From: Planctomycetota bacterium
GTDB taxonomy: Bacteria > Planctomycetota > JAJSAM01 > JAJVHW01
Direction of reading: 5' to 3'
Assembly (NCBI GenBank): GCA_965248445.1
Contig: CBDFJG010000004.1
Location: forward strand, 768,001 to 832,000
DNA: 64,000 nt
Shown: positions 42,301 through 50,488 of the stretch, in pieces
How the letters are laid out: each line of letters starts with the position of its first letter
Position numbering within the stretch: position 1 is the stretch's first letter
The notes under the pieces: generated by a model
The model's database searches: none
What the model was told of the DNA's origin: nothing
Seen by the model: the letters and a program-made list of their open reading frames with translations, nothing else
Made by a program: the position numbers and the translations under genes

Positions 42301-42814
42301 GGACCTGGCTGAGCACCTCGAACGCCTCGTCGATCAGGTCCGACGAAAGCAGGATTCCGCCGAGCTTCGCGCCGATGACCGGATCCTCGGTGTTCCGGTA
42401 GGCCCGCCGGTAGTGCTCGATCGCCTCGTCCGTCTCGCCCGCGTTCTCCGCCAGGATGCCCGCGGCAAACACGGCGCGCGAGTGGTTCGGATCGGCCGCC
42501 GCGATCTGGCGCATCATCGCGAGCGCCTTGGGCCGGGTCTCGTCGTTCGCGTGCTGGTAGGCGAGCGCCAGGTGGAACTTGGCGGCCTGCCAGTCCGGAG
42601 TCAGCGCGTACGCCTGCTCGAGGGTCTCCAACGCCTTTGTGTAGTCGTACCGCGTGAGGTGGCCGAGCCCGCGGTTCTGCAGTTCGAGGGACTCCGCGAT
42701 GTCGGAGGGTGTGGCGGAGCCGACCCCACCCTGCCCTCCGCCGCCGCCACCGTCATCGCCGCAGCCGGGCGCCGCGAGCGTGAGAATCAACACGAACAGC
42801 GCGAGACGGCGCAT
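39347..42814 (-). CDS. Lipoprotein with TPRs, FG-GAP/VCBS repeats, ASPIC/UnbV-like domain and uncharacterised C-terminal domain
   Basis: MRRLALFVLILTLAAPG-C lipobox; TPRs; DYDGDEDLD, DADHEGDMD and DFDRDGIED repeats; SNLEG...FGLG...VRILW; SCPLLFSWDG. Confidence 0.88.
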   Translation of the reverse strand: MRRLALFVLILTLAAPGCGDDGGGGGGQGGVGSATPSDIAESLELQNRGLGHLTRYDYTKALETLEQAYALTPDWQAAKFHLALAYQHANDETRPKALAMMRQIAAADPNHSRAVFAAGILAENAGETDEAIEHYRRAYRNTEDPVIGAKLGGILLSSDLIDEAFEVLSQVHEDRPALIAPVNSLQLLHRRRGETARADELLALLRSLTGGVNDDAEWIKAGEEMTDAYGNLGRYSRADPRFGGAENEPDWLAVTATSAPLVAGGVVCGPPPDGAPPYPGLTVFDYDGDEDLDVFVCGGTGQTALLRNDGELRFTDVTDDAGLRFTGAYAVAAGELDVDPKVAANVSGRDTMIDLVIVFPDRVLVMRNAGNGTFMDVTQNAGLADDPGGARAVLLFDADHEGDMDLFLAGDATHGNRLYANRGPGTFVDVTEASGLAGDGESYGPVIVLDADQDHDLDLLITRAGRSPALYLNERLLSFRDASDWVEFAADGTHGGFAGDFDRDGIEDVFLAGESGAIQLRGTTRGFVREALFDAPGGAAVPLDAQLSGSADVLFSNGTYLHGLTWQFTGAGSLVPTKGARNLVAADLDGDGVEEVVTNEAGSTAQLVQLDCAGRFVGLSLDFRGVIRNDVQAGWSNLEGRHAWVEAKAGSLWQGTRVGGTTGYGAQAPTRTVFGLGARPSAEFVRILWTDAVQQGALDVPVGAPYLIVEEQRRPDSCPLLFSWDGHAYRWITDFIGAGGVGFLLAPGVYAEPDPRESVKVDGELVAPNDDGDLVFKLVEAMEEMVYLDHMDLQVVDSPPGVSVHPDERFTGERPFADGHVIAHGAEILPAAARDGSGRDVLAHIAVVDRIYSEEPGLHPRLTGAIDGSVLELDFADRLADVAPGDALGLFLHGWIEYGYTRTSVAAHGEEFEYVLPTLEAFVGGDDGGSWKTLAPNIGYPAGFPRVMTYDVTGLVSRDTPRLRIRTNLEIYWDRVWLARPLDTATTCRVTELTPERATLARVGYPREYTPDGRFPRIYDYHTRDESMPWKTVVGDYTKFGDVLPLLTAADDRYVIYGKAEEVDVRFAASALPALEDGWRRDYILRFTGWCKGQELYIAHGYTVEPLPFLGMSTYPYGADESYPDTPEHRAYRVRWNTRRVRGGEPEIRGSVMPR

Positions 42815-42868
42815 GGGCGACCTCTCTTCGGAGTTCCGACGGGGGGAGGAGTCCTCTTCGCCCCCGTC

Positions 42869-42904
42869 GCGGACAATGAGAATGGGGCGGACAACGAGAA
42901 TGAT
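42869..42904. repeat. 18-bp tandem repeat x2 in divergent promoter region
   Basis: GCGGACAATGAGAATGGG GCGGACAACGAGAATGAT, next to inverted repeat CGACGGGGG...CCCCCGTCG (42837-42869). Confidence 0.75.
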
Positions 42905-42943
42905 GCCGGGCACCCCGGACGCACAACTGGAGAGGTGAGCAGC

Positions 42944-43951
42944 GTGGCGAAGAGGCGCGGAACCGTCGTCGTAGACCGGATCGACAGCCGCGTGCTGCGC
43001 GGGAACGCTCTCGGCGACCCGCACGAGCGCGATCTGCACGTCTATCTGCCTCCGGGATACTCGAAGGGCAGCCGCCGGTATCCGGTGATCGTCCTGATCG
43101 TCGGGTTCACCGGGATCTCCGAGAACCCGTATCAGCGCGGGTACTTCGGGGAGGCGCTGCAGGACCGGATGGACCGACTCATCGCGGCCAAGAAGGTGCC
43201 ACCGATGCTCATCGCGACGCCGGACTGCGTGACAGCGCTCGGCGGGAGCCAATACGTCGACTCAGCGGCGGTCGGCCGGTACGAGACGTTCGTCGTCAAG
43301 GAGGTGGTGCCGCACCTGGACAGCCGGTTCCGCACCAAGCCCGCCGCGCGCCACCGGGCCATCTGCGGCAAGTCGTCGGGCGGCTACGGCGCGCTCATGC
43401 TCGGGATGCGCCACCCGGGCGTGTTCGGGTCGCTGGCCTCGCACTCCGGCGACGCGTACTTCGACTACTGCTACCGCGGCGACTTCCCCACGGCGTGGAA
43501 CACTCTGCGCGCCGCGGGCGGGCCCGAGAAGTGGCTCCGCGGGTTCCAGAAGCGCCGGGTGAAGAAGCCCGGCGGTGGCGACATCCACACGGTGAACATC
43601 ATGGCGATGGCGGCCTGCTATTCACCGAACGCCGAGGCCCCGTTGGGATTCGACCTGCCGTTCGACCTCGAGACAGGTGAGGAGCGGGCGGACGTCATGC
43701 GGCGATGGCGCGCGAAGGACCCGGTCGTGGCTTGCCGCCGCTACGCCAAGAACCTGAAGAAGCTCCGCGGAATCTTCATCGACTGCGGGCTGCGCGACGA
43801 GTGGCACCTGCACATCGGCGCACGCGTCCTGTCGCAGCGCCTCACCGAGCTCGGCATCCGCCACGTACACGAGGAGTTCGACGACACGCACCGGAGCATC
43901 TCGTACCGCTACGACGACTCGTTCGCGTATCTCGGAAGATGGACGCAATGA
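42944..43951 (+). CDS. Alpha/beta hydrolase, putative esterase family (Fes-like)
   Basis: LRGNALGDP..R.LHVYLPPGY, YPV, LGGSQY, nucleophile elbow GKSSGG, IDCG..DE, EEFDDTH; GTG start at 42944 or 42935. Confidence 0.9.
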   Translation: MAKRRGTVVVDRIDSRVLRGNALGDPHERDLHVYLPPGYSKGSRRYPVIVLIVGFTGISENPYQRGYFGEALQDRMDRLIAAKKVPPMLIATPDCVTALGGSQYVDSAAVGRYETFVVKEVVPHLDSRFRTKPAARHRAICGKSSGGYGALMLGMRHPGVFGSLASHSGDAYFDYCYRGDFPTAWNTLRAAGGPEKWLRGFQKRRVKKPGGGDIHTVNIMAMAACYSPNAEAPLGFDLPFDLETGEERADVMRRWRAKDPVVACRRYAKNLKKLRGIFIDCGLRDEWHLHIGARVLSQRLTELGIRHVHEEFDDTHRSISYRYDDSFAYLGRWTQ

Positions 43952-44313
43952 GTGACCGGAGCCCACCCACTAATCTCGACGGAATCGGAATCAGGCGGCG
44001 GATGGTCGGCGCGGGCGTCATGCTGCTCGGCGCGTGCGGGATCGCGTGGTGGTCGGGGACCGCCGCCGCTCCGAGCTGGTCCCGCTGGGTCGCGCTCGTA
44101 CCGTTCACGATCGGGGCTCTGAGTGTGTTCCAGGCCACGGCCGGGACCTGAGTGGTCCGAGCCGCGCGCGGTGCGCGCGAACGAGGCGGAAGGGTCGAAC
44201 CCATCCTGGACGCCGCGCTGCGCGACGCGATCCGCACCCGCGCTCGCGGCGTCCTGCTGCGCACCGCCGCCGCGATCGCCGCCGGCGCGCTGGCACTCGT
44301 GCTTCTCCCGTGA
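43948..44313 (+). CDS. Putative selenocysteine-containing small membrane protein (121 aa, UGA at codon 68)
   Basis: ATGA-coupled to the esterase; ...GALSVFQATAGT-UGA(44149-44151)-VVRAARGARE...AAAIAAGALALVLLP*; frame stays open 53 codons past the UGA and ends in a TM helix; SECIS-like hairpin follows the UGA. Confidence 0.72.
44152..44190 (+). promoter_or_regulatory. Putative bacterial SECIS element
   Basis: 11 nt after the UGA: stem CGCGCGC/GCGCGCG (44163-44179) with loop GGU at positions 22-24 counting U of UGA as 1; possible lower stem UCCG/CGGA. Confidence 0.68.
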
Positions 44314-44348
44314 TCGCCTCCGTCCGCGGGATTGGGTAGGGTTCAGCG

Positions 44349-45068
44349 ATGTCCAGGGAGGCAAGGCTCACCAAACTGGCCGCGACGGTCGCCGGCTGTG
44401 AACGCTGCCCGCGCCTCGTCGAGTACTGCCGCGCCGTAGCCATCAAGAAGCGACGCGCATACCGCGACCAGACTTACTGGGGACGTCCGGTCCCCGGCTT
44501 CGGTGACGGGAACGCCCGCGTGATGCTGCTCGGCCTGGCGCCCGGCGCCCATGGCGCGAACCGCACCGGCCGCATGTTCACCGGCGACGGCCAGGACGGA
44601 CGGGGTGCCTCCGACTTCCTGGCCGCCGCCCTCCACGCGGTCGGCGCCGCATCGCAGACCACGTCCCGCGACCGGCACGATGGATTCGCTCTGATCGACG
44701 TCTACCTGACCGCGATCTGCCGGTGCGCGCCACCGGGGAACCTGCCGTCCCGCGACGAGATCTCATCGTGCGCTGAGTACGTGCACGAGGAACTCGATTT
44801 GCTCGCCCCGCGGGTCGTCGTCGCTCTCGGCAAGCTCGCGTTCGACCAAGGCGTGCGGGTGATCGGTGACCGCGGTGGGCCGATCCCTGCGCCACGCCCC
44901 CGCTTCGGACACGGTGCCGAGTTCCAGGCCGAGGGCGACTTCCCGCTCCTGCTGGGCTCCTACCATCCGAGCCGGCTGAACACTTCCACCGGCGTGCTCA
45001 GTCAAGCGATGCTGCGCCAGGTTCTGGAACGAGCTCTCGACGTCGCGCGGGCCGACGACCCCTCGTGA
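44349..45068 (+). CDS. udgB: Uracil-DNA glycosylase, family 5 (4Fe-4S)
   Basis: CERCPRLV, YWGRPVPGFGD, GLAPGAHGANRTGRMFTGD, RCAPPGN, SYHPS. Confidence 0.93.
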   Translation: MSREARLTKLAATVAGCERCPRLVEYCRAVAIKKRRAYRDQTYWGRPVPGFGDGNARVMLLGLAPGAHGANRTGRMFTGDGQDGRGASDFLAAALHAVGAASQTTSRDRHDGFALIDVYLTAICRCAPPGNLPSRDEISSCAEYVHEELDLLAPRVVVALGKLAFDQGVRVIGDRGGPIPAPRPRFGHGAEFQAEGDFPLLLGSYHPSRLNTSTGVLSQAMLRQVLERALDVARADDPS

Positions 45069-45127
45069 ACGACTGCATCCGGCCACCGGCGCTGCGTCGT
45101 GGTCGCTCGGGTTACTCGGACAGACTT

Positions 45128-46729
45128 CTAGTTCTCGACGAGTTCGTGCTCTTCGTCGGCGGCTAGGTCGCCGAACTCCTGGACTTCCCCCGTCGGCCAG
45201 CGCACGCGCACGTCCCGGATCTCACTCTCGCCGCCCAGCCCGAAGTGGACACGCAGGTCGCCTGCGGAGATGTACCCGACGCTGCCCTGCACGTCGCGCA
45301 CGACCGTGCGCTCCCCGACCCGGCCGGTGACGCGCGCGCCGAGGGCGAGCCGGTTGGAACGCGTGCCGCGCAAACGTAGGCGGACCCAGCGGCCTGCGTC
45401 CCTGGTCACGTTCGCGAAGATCGCGGCCTTGTCCGAGAGTGCCAGCACCACGACGTCGAGCCGTCCGTCGTCGTCGAGGTCCGTCGCCACCGCGCCTCTC
45501 GCGCACGCCTGCAGCGCGCCCCCGACCCCCGCGCGCACGAAGCCGCCGTCGTTCTCGGCCACCACGGCGAATGACTCCTGCGGATCCAGGCTCCGCAGAT
45601 CGCCGTGCGCTTTGTACAGGTCCAGGTCGCCGTCGTTGTCGATGTCGAACGGAACGTCCGCCCACCCCACCCACTGGCGGGACAGCGCCAGGAGCCCGAG
45701 GTCCGCCGCGCGGTCCGTGAACCACGTCTTGCGCGCCAGGTAGGCGCAGCCGCCCTCGGTGTCGGGGATCAAGAAGTCGAGCCGGCCGTCGCCGTCGATG
45801 TCCGCGGTGTCCACTCCCATCGACGCGCGCGCACTCCCGCTCAGGCCATAAGCGAGTCCCGTCACCGGCGCCACGTCCTCGAACGTGCCGTCTCCCTTGT
45901 TGCGCCAGACGAAGTTCGGCTCCGTGTCGTTCGCGACAAACACGTCGATCCAGCCGTCGTCATCGACGTCGGTCGCCACCACCGACATGGCCTTGCCGGC
46001 CTTGCCGACTCCCGCCTCGAGAGTCACGTCCTCGAAGACACCGTTGCCGTCGTTGCGGTAGAGCGACCCGGTCTGGGGGAGGAACGCCGCAGGCGGTGGA
46101 AATGCCGCGGCCGAAGCGTGGATGCGCATGTCCGTGTGCATCTGCCGCGGATCGACGTACTGCCCGACGTAGAGATCGAGGTCGCCGTCGCGGTCGTAGT
46201 CGACGAACGCGGCGCCTGCATGCAGGCCGGGCGCGATGCCGCTCCGCGCGCTCCAGTCCTCGAACGTGCCGTCGCCCGCGTTGCGATAGAGGACGCTGCC
46301 GCCGTAGTTCGAGACGAACAGGTCCGGGAGCCCGTCCCCGTCGGCGTCACCGACGCACGCTCCGAGTCCGAAGCCCGTGTCGCCGACACCGGCTGCGATC
46401 GTCACGTCCTCGAAACGAAAGCCGCCGAGGTTGCGGAACAGGCGGTTCGGCGCCGGCTTCTCCGGCCGCTCGGCCCGCGCGAAGTCCGGGTGCCACCCGC
46501 CGTTGACCATGTAGAGGTCCTGGCGTCCGTCGCCGTCGTAGTCGAGGACGGCGAAGCCACCCATCGCCGCCTTGGGGAGCGTGTCCATGCGGCCGCCGGG
46601 CAACTCGTGCCGGAAGCGGAAGCCGGAGTCGCCGTCGGCGCGCTGGAGCCGCGGGACGGGATCCGGCCGGGTGCACGCGGCCGCCGTCCCGACGAGGAGC
46701 AGGGCGGCCAGCGCCCCGACGCGATCCAC
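45128..46729 (-). CDS. CRTAC1 family lipoprotein (FG-GAP repeats + ASPIC/UnbV)
   Basis: GTG start VDRVGALAALLLVGTAAA-C; DYDGDGRQD, DADGDGLPD, DYDRDGDLD; SNRLALGARV; HFGLG; VRWPTG. Confidence 0.9.
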   Translation of the reverse strand: MDRVGALAALLLVGTAAACTRPDPVPRLQRADGDSGFRFRHELPGGRMDTLPKAAMGGFAVLDYDGDGRQDLYMVNGGWHPDFARAERPEKPAPNRLFRNLGGFRFEDVTIAAGVGDTGFGLGACVGDADGDGLPDLFVSNYGGSVLYRNAGDGTFEDWSARSGIAPGLHAGAAFVDYDRDGDLDLYVGQYVDPRQMHTDMRIHASAAAFPPPAAFLPQTGSLYRNDGNGVFEDVTLEAGVGKAGKAMSVVATDVDDDGWIDVFVANDTEPNFVWRNKGDGTFEDVAPVTGLAYGLSGSARASMGVDTADIDGDGRLDFLIPDTEGGCAYLARKTWFTDRAADLGLLALSRQWVGWADVPFDIDNDGDLDLYKAHGDLRSLDPQESFAVVAENDGGFVRAGVGGALQACARGAVATDLDDDGRLDVVVLALSDKAAIFANVTRDAGRWVRLRLRGTRSNRLALGARVTGRVGERTVVRDVQGSVGYISAGDLRVHFGLGGESEIRDVRVRWPTGEVQEFGDLAADEEHELVEN

Positions 46730-46730
46730 G

Positions 46731-49700
46731 CTACTCGCCGCTCCCCACCGGAAGCTGGATCTCGACGCGCGAAGAGCCTCCCTCGACGACCTCGAACGGG
46801 TCGCTGCGGCGGGATGCGGCGTCCTTCGACACGCCGATCGTGTACGTCCCCGGCGAGATTCCGTCCAGACGGCAATCCCCGCGTGCATCGGTCTTCGCCG
46901 CCTGGGTCGAGAAGATCGAGCTGATCGAGATCGCCCGCTCGATGCGGTTGCCGTCGGCGTCCAGCACGTCGACGAGCGCGCCCCCGAGTGGCGCGCCGCC
47001 TTCGTCGGTCACGACGACGTCGATGGTGCCACCCTTCAAGAGCGTGAAATCGAGTGTGACCTGCTCGCCGACGGCAACCTCCGACTCCTTCTCGGCCGGT
47101 GCGTAGCCGTCCTTCGAGAACGCGAACGTGAAGCGACCGGGGGGCAGCGTGGCCTGGATGTAGCTGCCGTCACTCGACGACGAGGTCAGCCCGACCAAGA
47201 ACAGCGCGCGACCCTGATCGTCGGTCACGACGAGCTGCGCGCCGGAGATCGGTGTGCCCGCTGCGTTGCGCACGAACCCGGTCACTGTGGCCGGTGAACC
47301 GAGTTCGAGCCGCACGGGAGCGGCATCGGCGCCACCGACGATCGTGATGCCGTCTTCCACAACGGCCCCGTAGCCCTCACGGAACGCGCGGATGCGGTAG
47401 CTGCCGTCTTCCAGTCCACCGATCTCGAACTCTCCGGTCTCGCCGGTGATGTCGTTGCCCTTCCAGCGCTGAGAGATCGTGCTCAGGTTGCTGGCACCGG
47501 CCTCGACGACGCGCTCGCACTCAACGTACACGCCCGACAGAGCATCGCCCGTCGAGACGTCCTTCACCGTCCCGACGATCGTCGCGGTGGCCATGACGAT
47601 CTCGACCGGCTCGGGCGGCTGGTCCGCCGGCACGGTCACGGCGATCGAACGGCTGCCTCCCGACTGCGCAGTCAGCTGGTACTTGCCCGGCTGCACCTGC
47701 TTGAACGTGAACGTGCCGTCGTCCCCCGTTCGCTCCTGTTCGAGAGCGCTCCCGCCGTCGTTGCTGACGAGCGAGATCGAGACGTTCGCGACCGGCTCGG
47801 CACCGCGCAACACGCGGCCCGTGAGCGGGAAGCCCCCTGTTTCGGTGCCGAAGTCGATGACGACAACGGCGCCCTCGGCGACCTTCACACTTCCCTTGCT
47901 CCGGCTGGTCTGCCCGGGCAGGAAGCGTCCCACCGAGACGGTGTACGTCTTGTCGATCGGGACGTTGGTGAACGAGTAGCGCCCGTCGTCGCCGGTCACT
48001 GCGGTGCGGCGTGCGAACAGGTCGAAGCCCGACGTCAGCTCCATGCTCGTACCGGACTGCGGCATACGCGCGTCATCCAGCACCACACCCTCGATGCGTC
48101 CCCCGCTCCCGAGTGCGAATTCGACCGGCGGCGGGAGCGAACCGTCCTCGCCGGCCGGAACGGGATCCACGCCCTCGAACAGCGTGGATGTGTGATCCAC
48201 GTGCGCGACACGCAGCGAGAGCGTGCGCGGGGCCAGTTTGTCGAGCACGAACACGCCGTTCTCGTCGGTCACCGTCGTCAGGTCCTTCACGCGGGACGGC
48301 GGGAAGCCGCCCTTCTCGACGAACACCTCCGCTCCGATGACTGCCTTGCCGGTGAAGCGCCCCACGACCTTGCCGCGCACGATGCCCGCCGCTTCGAGAG
48401 CAATTGCGATCGGCTCCGCGGCGGGGGCGTCGCCTTCGGCTCCCGGCGGCGAGATCTTGATGCTCGTGACGTCCTTCAGCATGTAGCCCGCTGCACTCAC
48501 CTCGAGGCCGTAGTCCGACGGCGGCAGGCGCATGGTGTGCTCGCCGTTCGGGGAGTCGATCTCAAAGAGAGGTGCGAACAGGTAGGCGAACGGCACCTTC
48601 AGGTACGGGCGCAGACCGAACTTTGTGATCGGTTGCCCGGTCGCCGCGTCCGTCACGCGCACCGAGAACTCTCCGCCGAGCTTGATCACGATCTCGAGGT
48701 CCTGCGTACCCGCGGCAACCTGCTGGGACTGCTCGCCGCCGTACTCGTCTTTGTTCGCGAACACCATGTGCTGGCCGCCGCGGAGGCCTCCGAGCGTGAA
48801 CTTGCCCTCGCCGTCGCTGACGACGGCGGGTACGGCCGAGAAGTCACTCCAGCGCAACCCACCGATGCGCGCTCCGGCGATCGGCTCCTGCGCCTCGTTG
48901 AGGATGCGGCCGGAGATCGTCATGCCGGCCTCTATCCGGAAGCTCACGAGCGTCTTCGTGTCGTGCTGCACGGTCATGCGCTCGCGCAGCCCCGTGGCGA
49001 ACCCCTCCGCTTCGGCGAACACGTCGTAGGCCGCCGGCGGCATCAGCTCGAACTCGGCATATCCCGCGGCGTCGGTCTGCGCGCGCAGGATCGTGCCGCC
49101 GGGCACCTTCTCCCACTGCCCGAGCGAGAGCAGCGCGCCGTAGTAGATCGTGGAGGCTGTGACCGACACGTCCGGGATCGGCGCGCCTTCGCTGTCCTTG
49201 CAGAGCACACGCAGCCGGTTGTCGACGTGATCGCCGACGGCCGCGCCGACGTAGATCGTCCCGATGTCCGTCACGTCACCTGCGTCCACCTGCAACCGGT
49301 CGAATCCGCCGCGGGCAAAACCGTCGGCGTGCGCCTCGACGTGGATCCCCGTGCCGGGCGGAACGTTCGCCATCCGGAACGAACCGTCCTTCCCCGCGTG
49401 TGCGCGGGCCAGCGGCTTACTACTCCTCATCGCGGTCACGACGGCACCCACGGCGGGCCGGGTCTGCACGATCATCACGCGCCCGGTGATCGAGCCGAGC
49501 TCCGGGTTCTGCTCGAACTCCTGCCCGATCTCGGGGTACTTCTGCTGGTACGGCGTGCCGGAGGGGCGCGTGACGCGCACCCGGCCGGGCTCCTCGGTGC
49601 CGGGCTTGACGCGATCACGACGGTTGCCGCCCTCTTCGGCGTCCTCTCCGTCGAGGGCGACGTACTCGAGGCTCTCGCCGCCGTCACCGAGACCGGAGGG

Positions 49701-49778
49701 CGAGCCGCTACTGAAGACGAGCCAGGCGAGGAGAGCCAGGGCGAGGATCACGAGAACGGCGATCAGGGCGCGTCGCAT
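46731..49778 (-). CDS. Membrane-anchored carboxypeptidase-regulatory-like (Cna-B-type beta-sandwich) repeat protein
   Basis: N-terminal TM; repeated I.G.V.D..G.P..GA.V...TD..G.F.....PG.Y modules. Confidence 0.85.
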   Translation of the reverse strand: MRRALIAVLVILALALLAWLVFSSGSPSGLGDGGESLEYVALDGEDAEEGGNRRDRVKPGTEEPGRVRVTRPSGTPYQQKYPEIGQEFEQNPELGSITGRVMIVQTRPAVGAVVTAMRSSKPLARAHAGKDGSFRMANVPPGTGIHVEAHADGFARGGFDRLQVDAGDVTDIGTIYVGAAVGDHVDNRLRVLCKDSEGAPIPDVSVTASTIYYGALLSLGQWEKVPGGTILRAQTDAAGYAEFELMPPAAYDVFAEAEGFATGLRERMTVQHDTKTLVSFRIEAGMTISGRILNEAQEPIAGARIGGLRWSDFSAVPAVVSDGEGKFTLGGLRGGQHMVFANKDEYGGEQSQQVAAGTQDLEIVIKLGGEFSVRVTDAATGQPITKFGLRPYLKVPFAYLFAPLFEIDSPNGEHTMRLPPSDYGLEVSAAGYMLKDVTSIKISPPGAEGDAPAAEPIAIALEAAGIVRGKVVGRFTGKAVIGAEVFVEKGGFPPSRVKDLTTVTDENGVFVLDKLAPRTLSLRVAHVDHTSTLFEGVDPVPAGEDGSLPPPVEFALGSGGRIEGVVLDDARMPQSGTSMELTSGFDLFARRTAVTGDDGRYSFTNVPIDKTYTVSVGRFLPGQTSRSKGSVKVAEGAVVVIDFGTETGGFPLTGRVLRGAEPVANVSISLVSNDGGSALEQERTGDDGTFTFKQVQPGKYQLTAQSGGSRSIAVTVPADQPPEPVEIVMATATIVGTVKDVSTGDALSGVYVECERVVEAGASNLSTISQRWKGNDITGETGEFEIGGLEDGSYRIRAFREGYGAVVEDGITIVGGADAAPVRLELGSPATVTGFVRNAAGTPISGAQLVVTDDQGRALFLVGLTSSSSDGSYIQATLPPGRFTFAFSKDGYAPAEKESEVAVGEQVTLDFTLLKGGTIDVVVTDEGGAPLGGALVDVLDADGNRIERAISISSIFSTQAAKTDARGDCRLDGISPGTYTIGVSKDAASRRSDPFEVVEGGSSRVEIQLPVGSGE

Positions 49779-49832
49779 GTCTGAAGTCTCCCGAGGGGGC
49801 GTCCCCTCAACCTAACGCGCGTACCGCAGCGG

Positions 49833-50393
49833 CTACTTCACGCGTTCTACGAACTCTCCGGTACGGGTGTCCACTCGGACCATCTCGCCGGACTCGATGA
49901 ACAGGGGCACCTTGATGGTGATGCCCGTCTCGATCGTCGCGTCCTTGAACACGTTGGACACCGTGTCACCGCGCGTGCCCGGTCCGGTCTCGGTGACCTG
50001 CAACTCGACGTGATTGGGCAGCGTGACGCCGACCGGCGTCCCGTCGTACTCCTCCATGAGGACGTTGTCGCCGTCGCGCATGTACTTCGGAGCATCGCCG
50101 AGCAGCTCCGCCTCGAGTGGCGACTGCTCGTACGTCTCGACATCCATGAAGTGGAACAGGTCGCCGTCGCGATAGAGGAACTGGTACTCGCGCGTCTCGA
50201 TGAACGCGAAGTCGATCTTGTCGGTCGATCGGAAGCGGTGCGTGACCTTGGCTCCGGACTTCAGGTTGCGCAGCGTCGCCTGCACGAATCCGCGCAGGTT
50301 GCCCGGGGTCTTGTGGATGAAGTCCAGGCAACGCCAGAGCTCGCCCTCGTGAACGAGGATCTTGCCCTTCTTGATGTCGGTCGCAGTCGGCAC
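49833..50393 (-). CDS. efp: Elongation factor P
   Basis: HKTPGNLRGFV, QFLYRDG, FMDVETYEQ, RGDT...K.ATIETG...VPLFI..GE..RVDTRTGEFVER. Confidence 0.96.
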   Translation of the reverse strand: MPTATDIKKGKILVHEGELWRCLDFIHKTPGNLRGFVQATLRNLKSGAKVTHRFRSTDKIDFAFIETREYQFLYRDGDLFHFMDVETYEQSPLEAELLGDAPKYMRDGDNVLMEEYDGTPVGVTLPNHVELQVTETGPGTRGDTVSNVFKDATIETGITIKVPLFIESGEMVRVDTRTGEFVERVK

Positions 50394-50488
50394 GTCGTGT
50401 CTCCGCTATCGGGATCGAGATCGCGTTCCAACCCTTCATTCTGATCGCCGTCGCCCCGGGACGCCGAGGAAAGGCCCCCGGCCCGCGC

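Noticed and set aside
43948..44151. 67-aa stand-alone protein or nonsense pseudogene
   Set aside because: The continuing protein-like frame and precisely placed SECIS-like hairpin favour Sec read-through; it remains the fallback if Sec machinery is absent.
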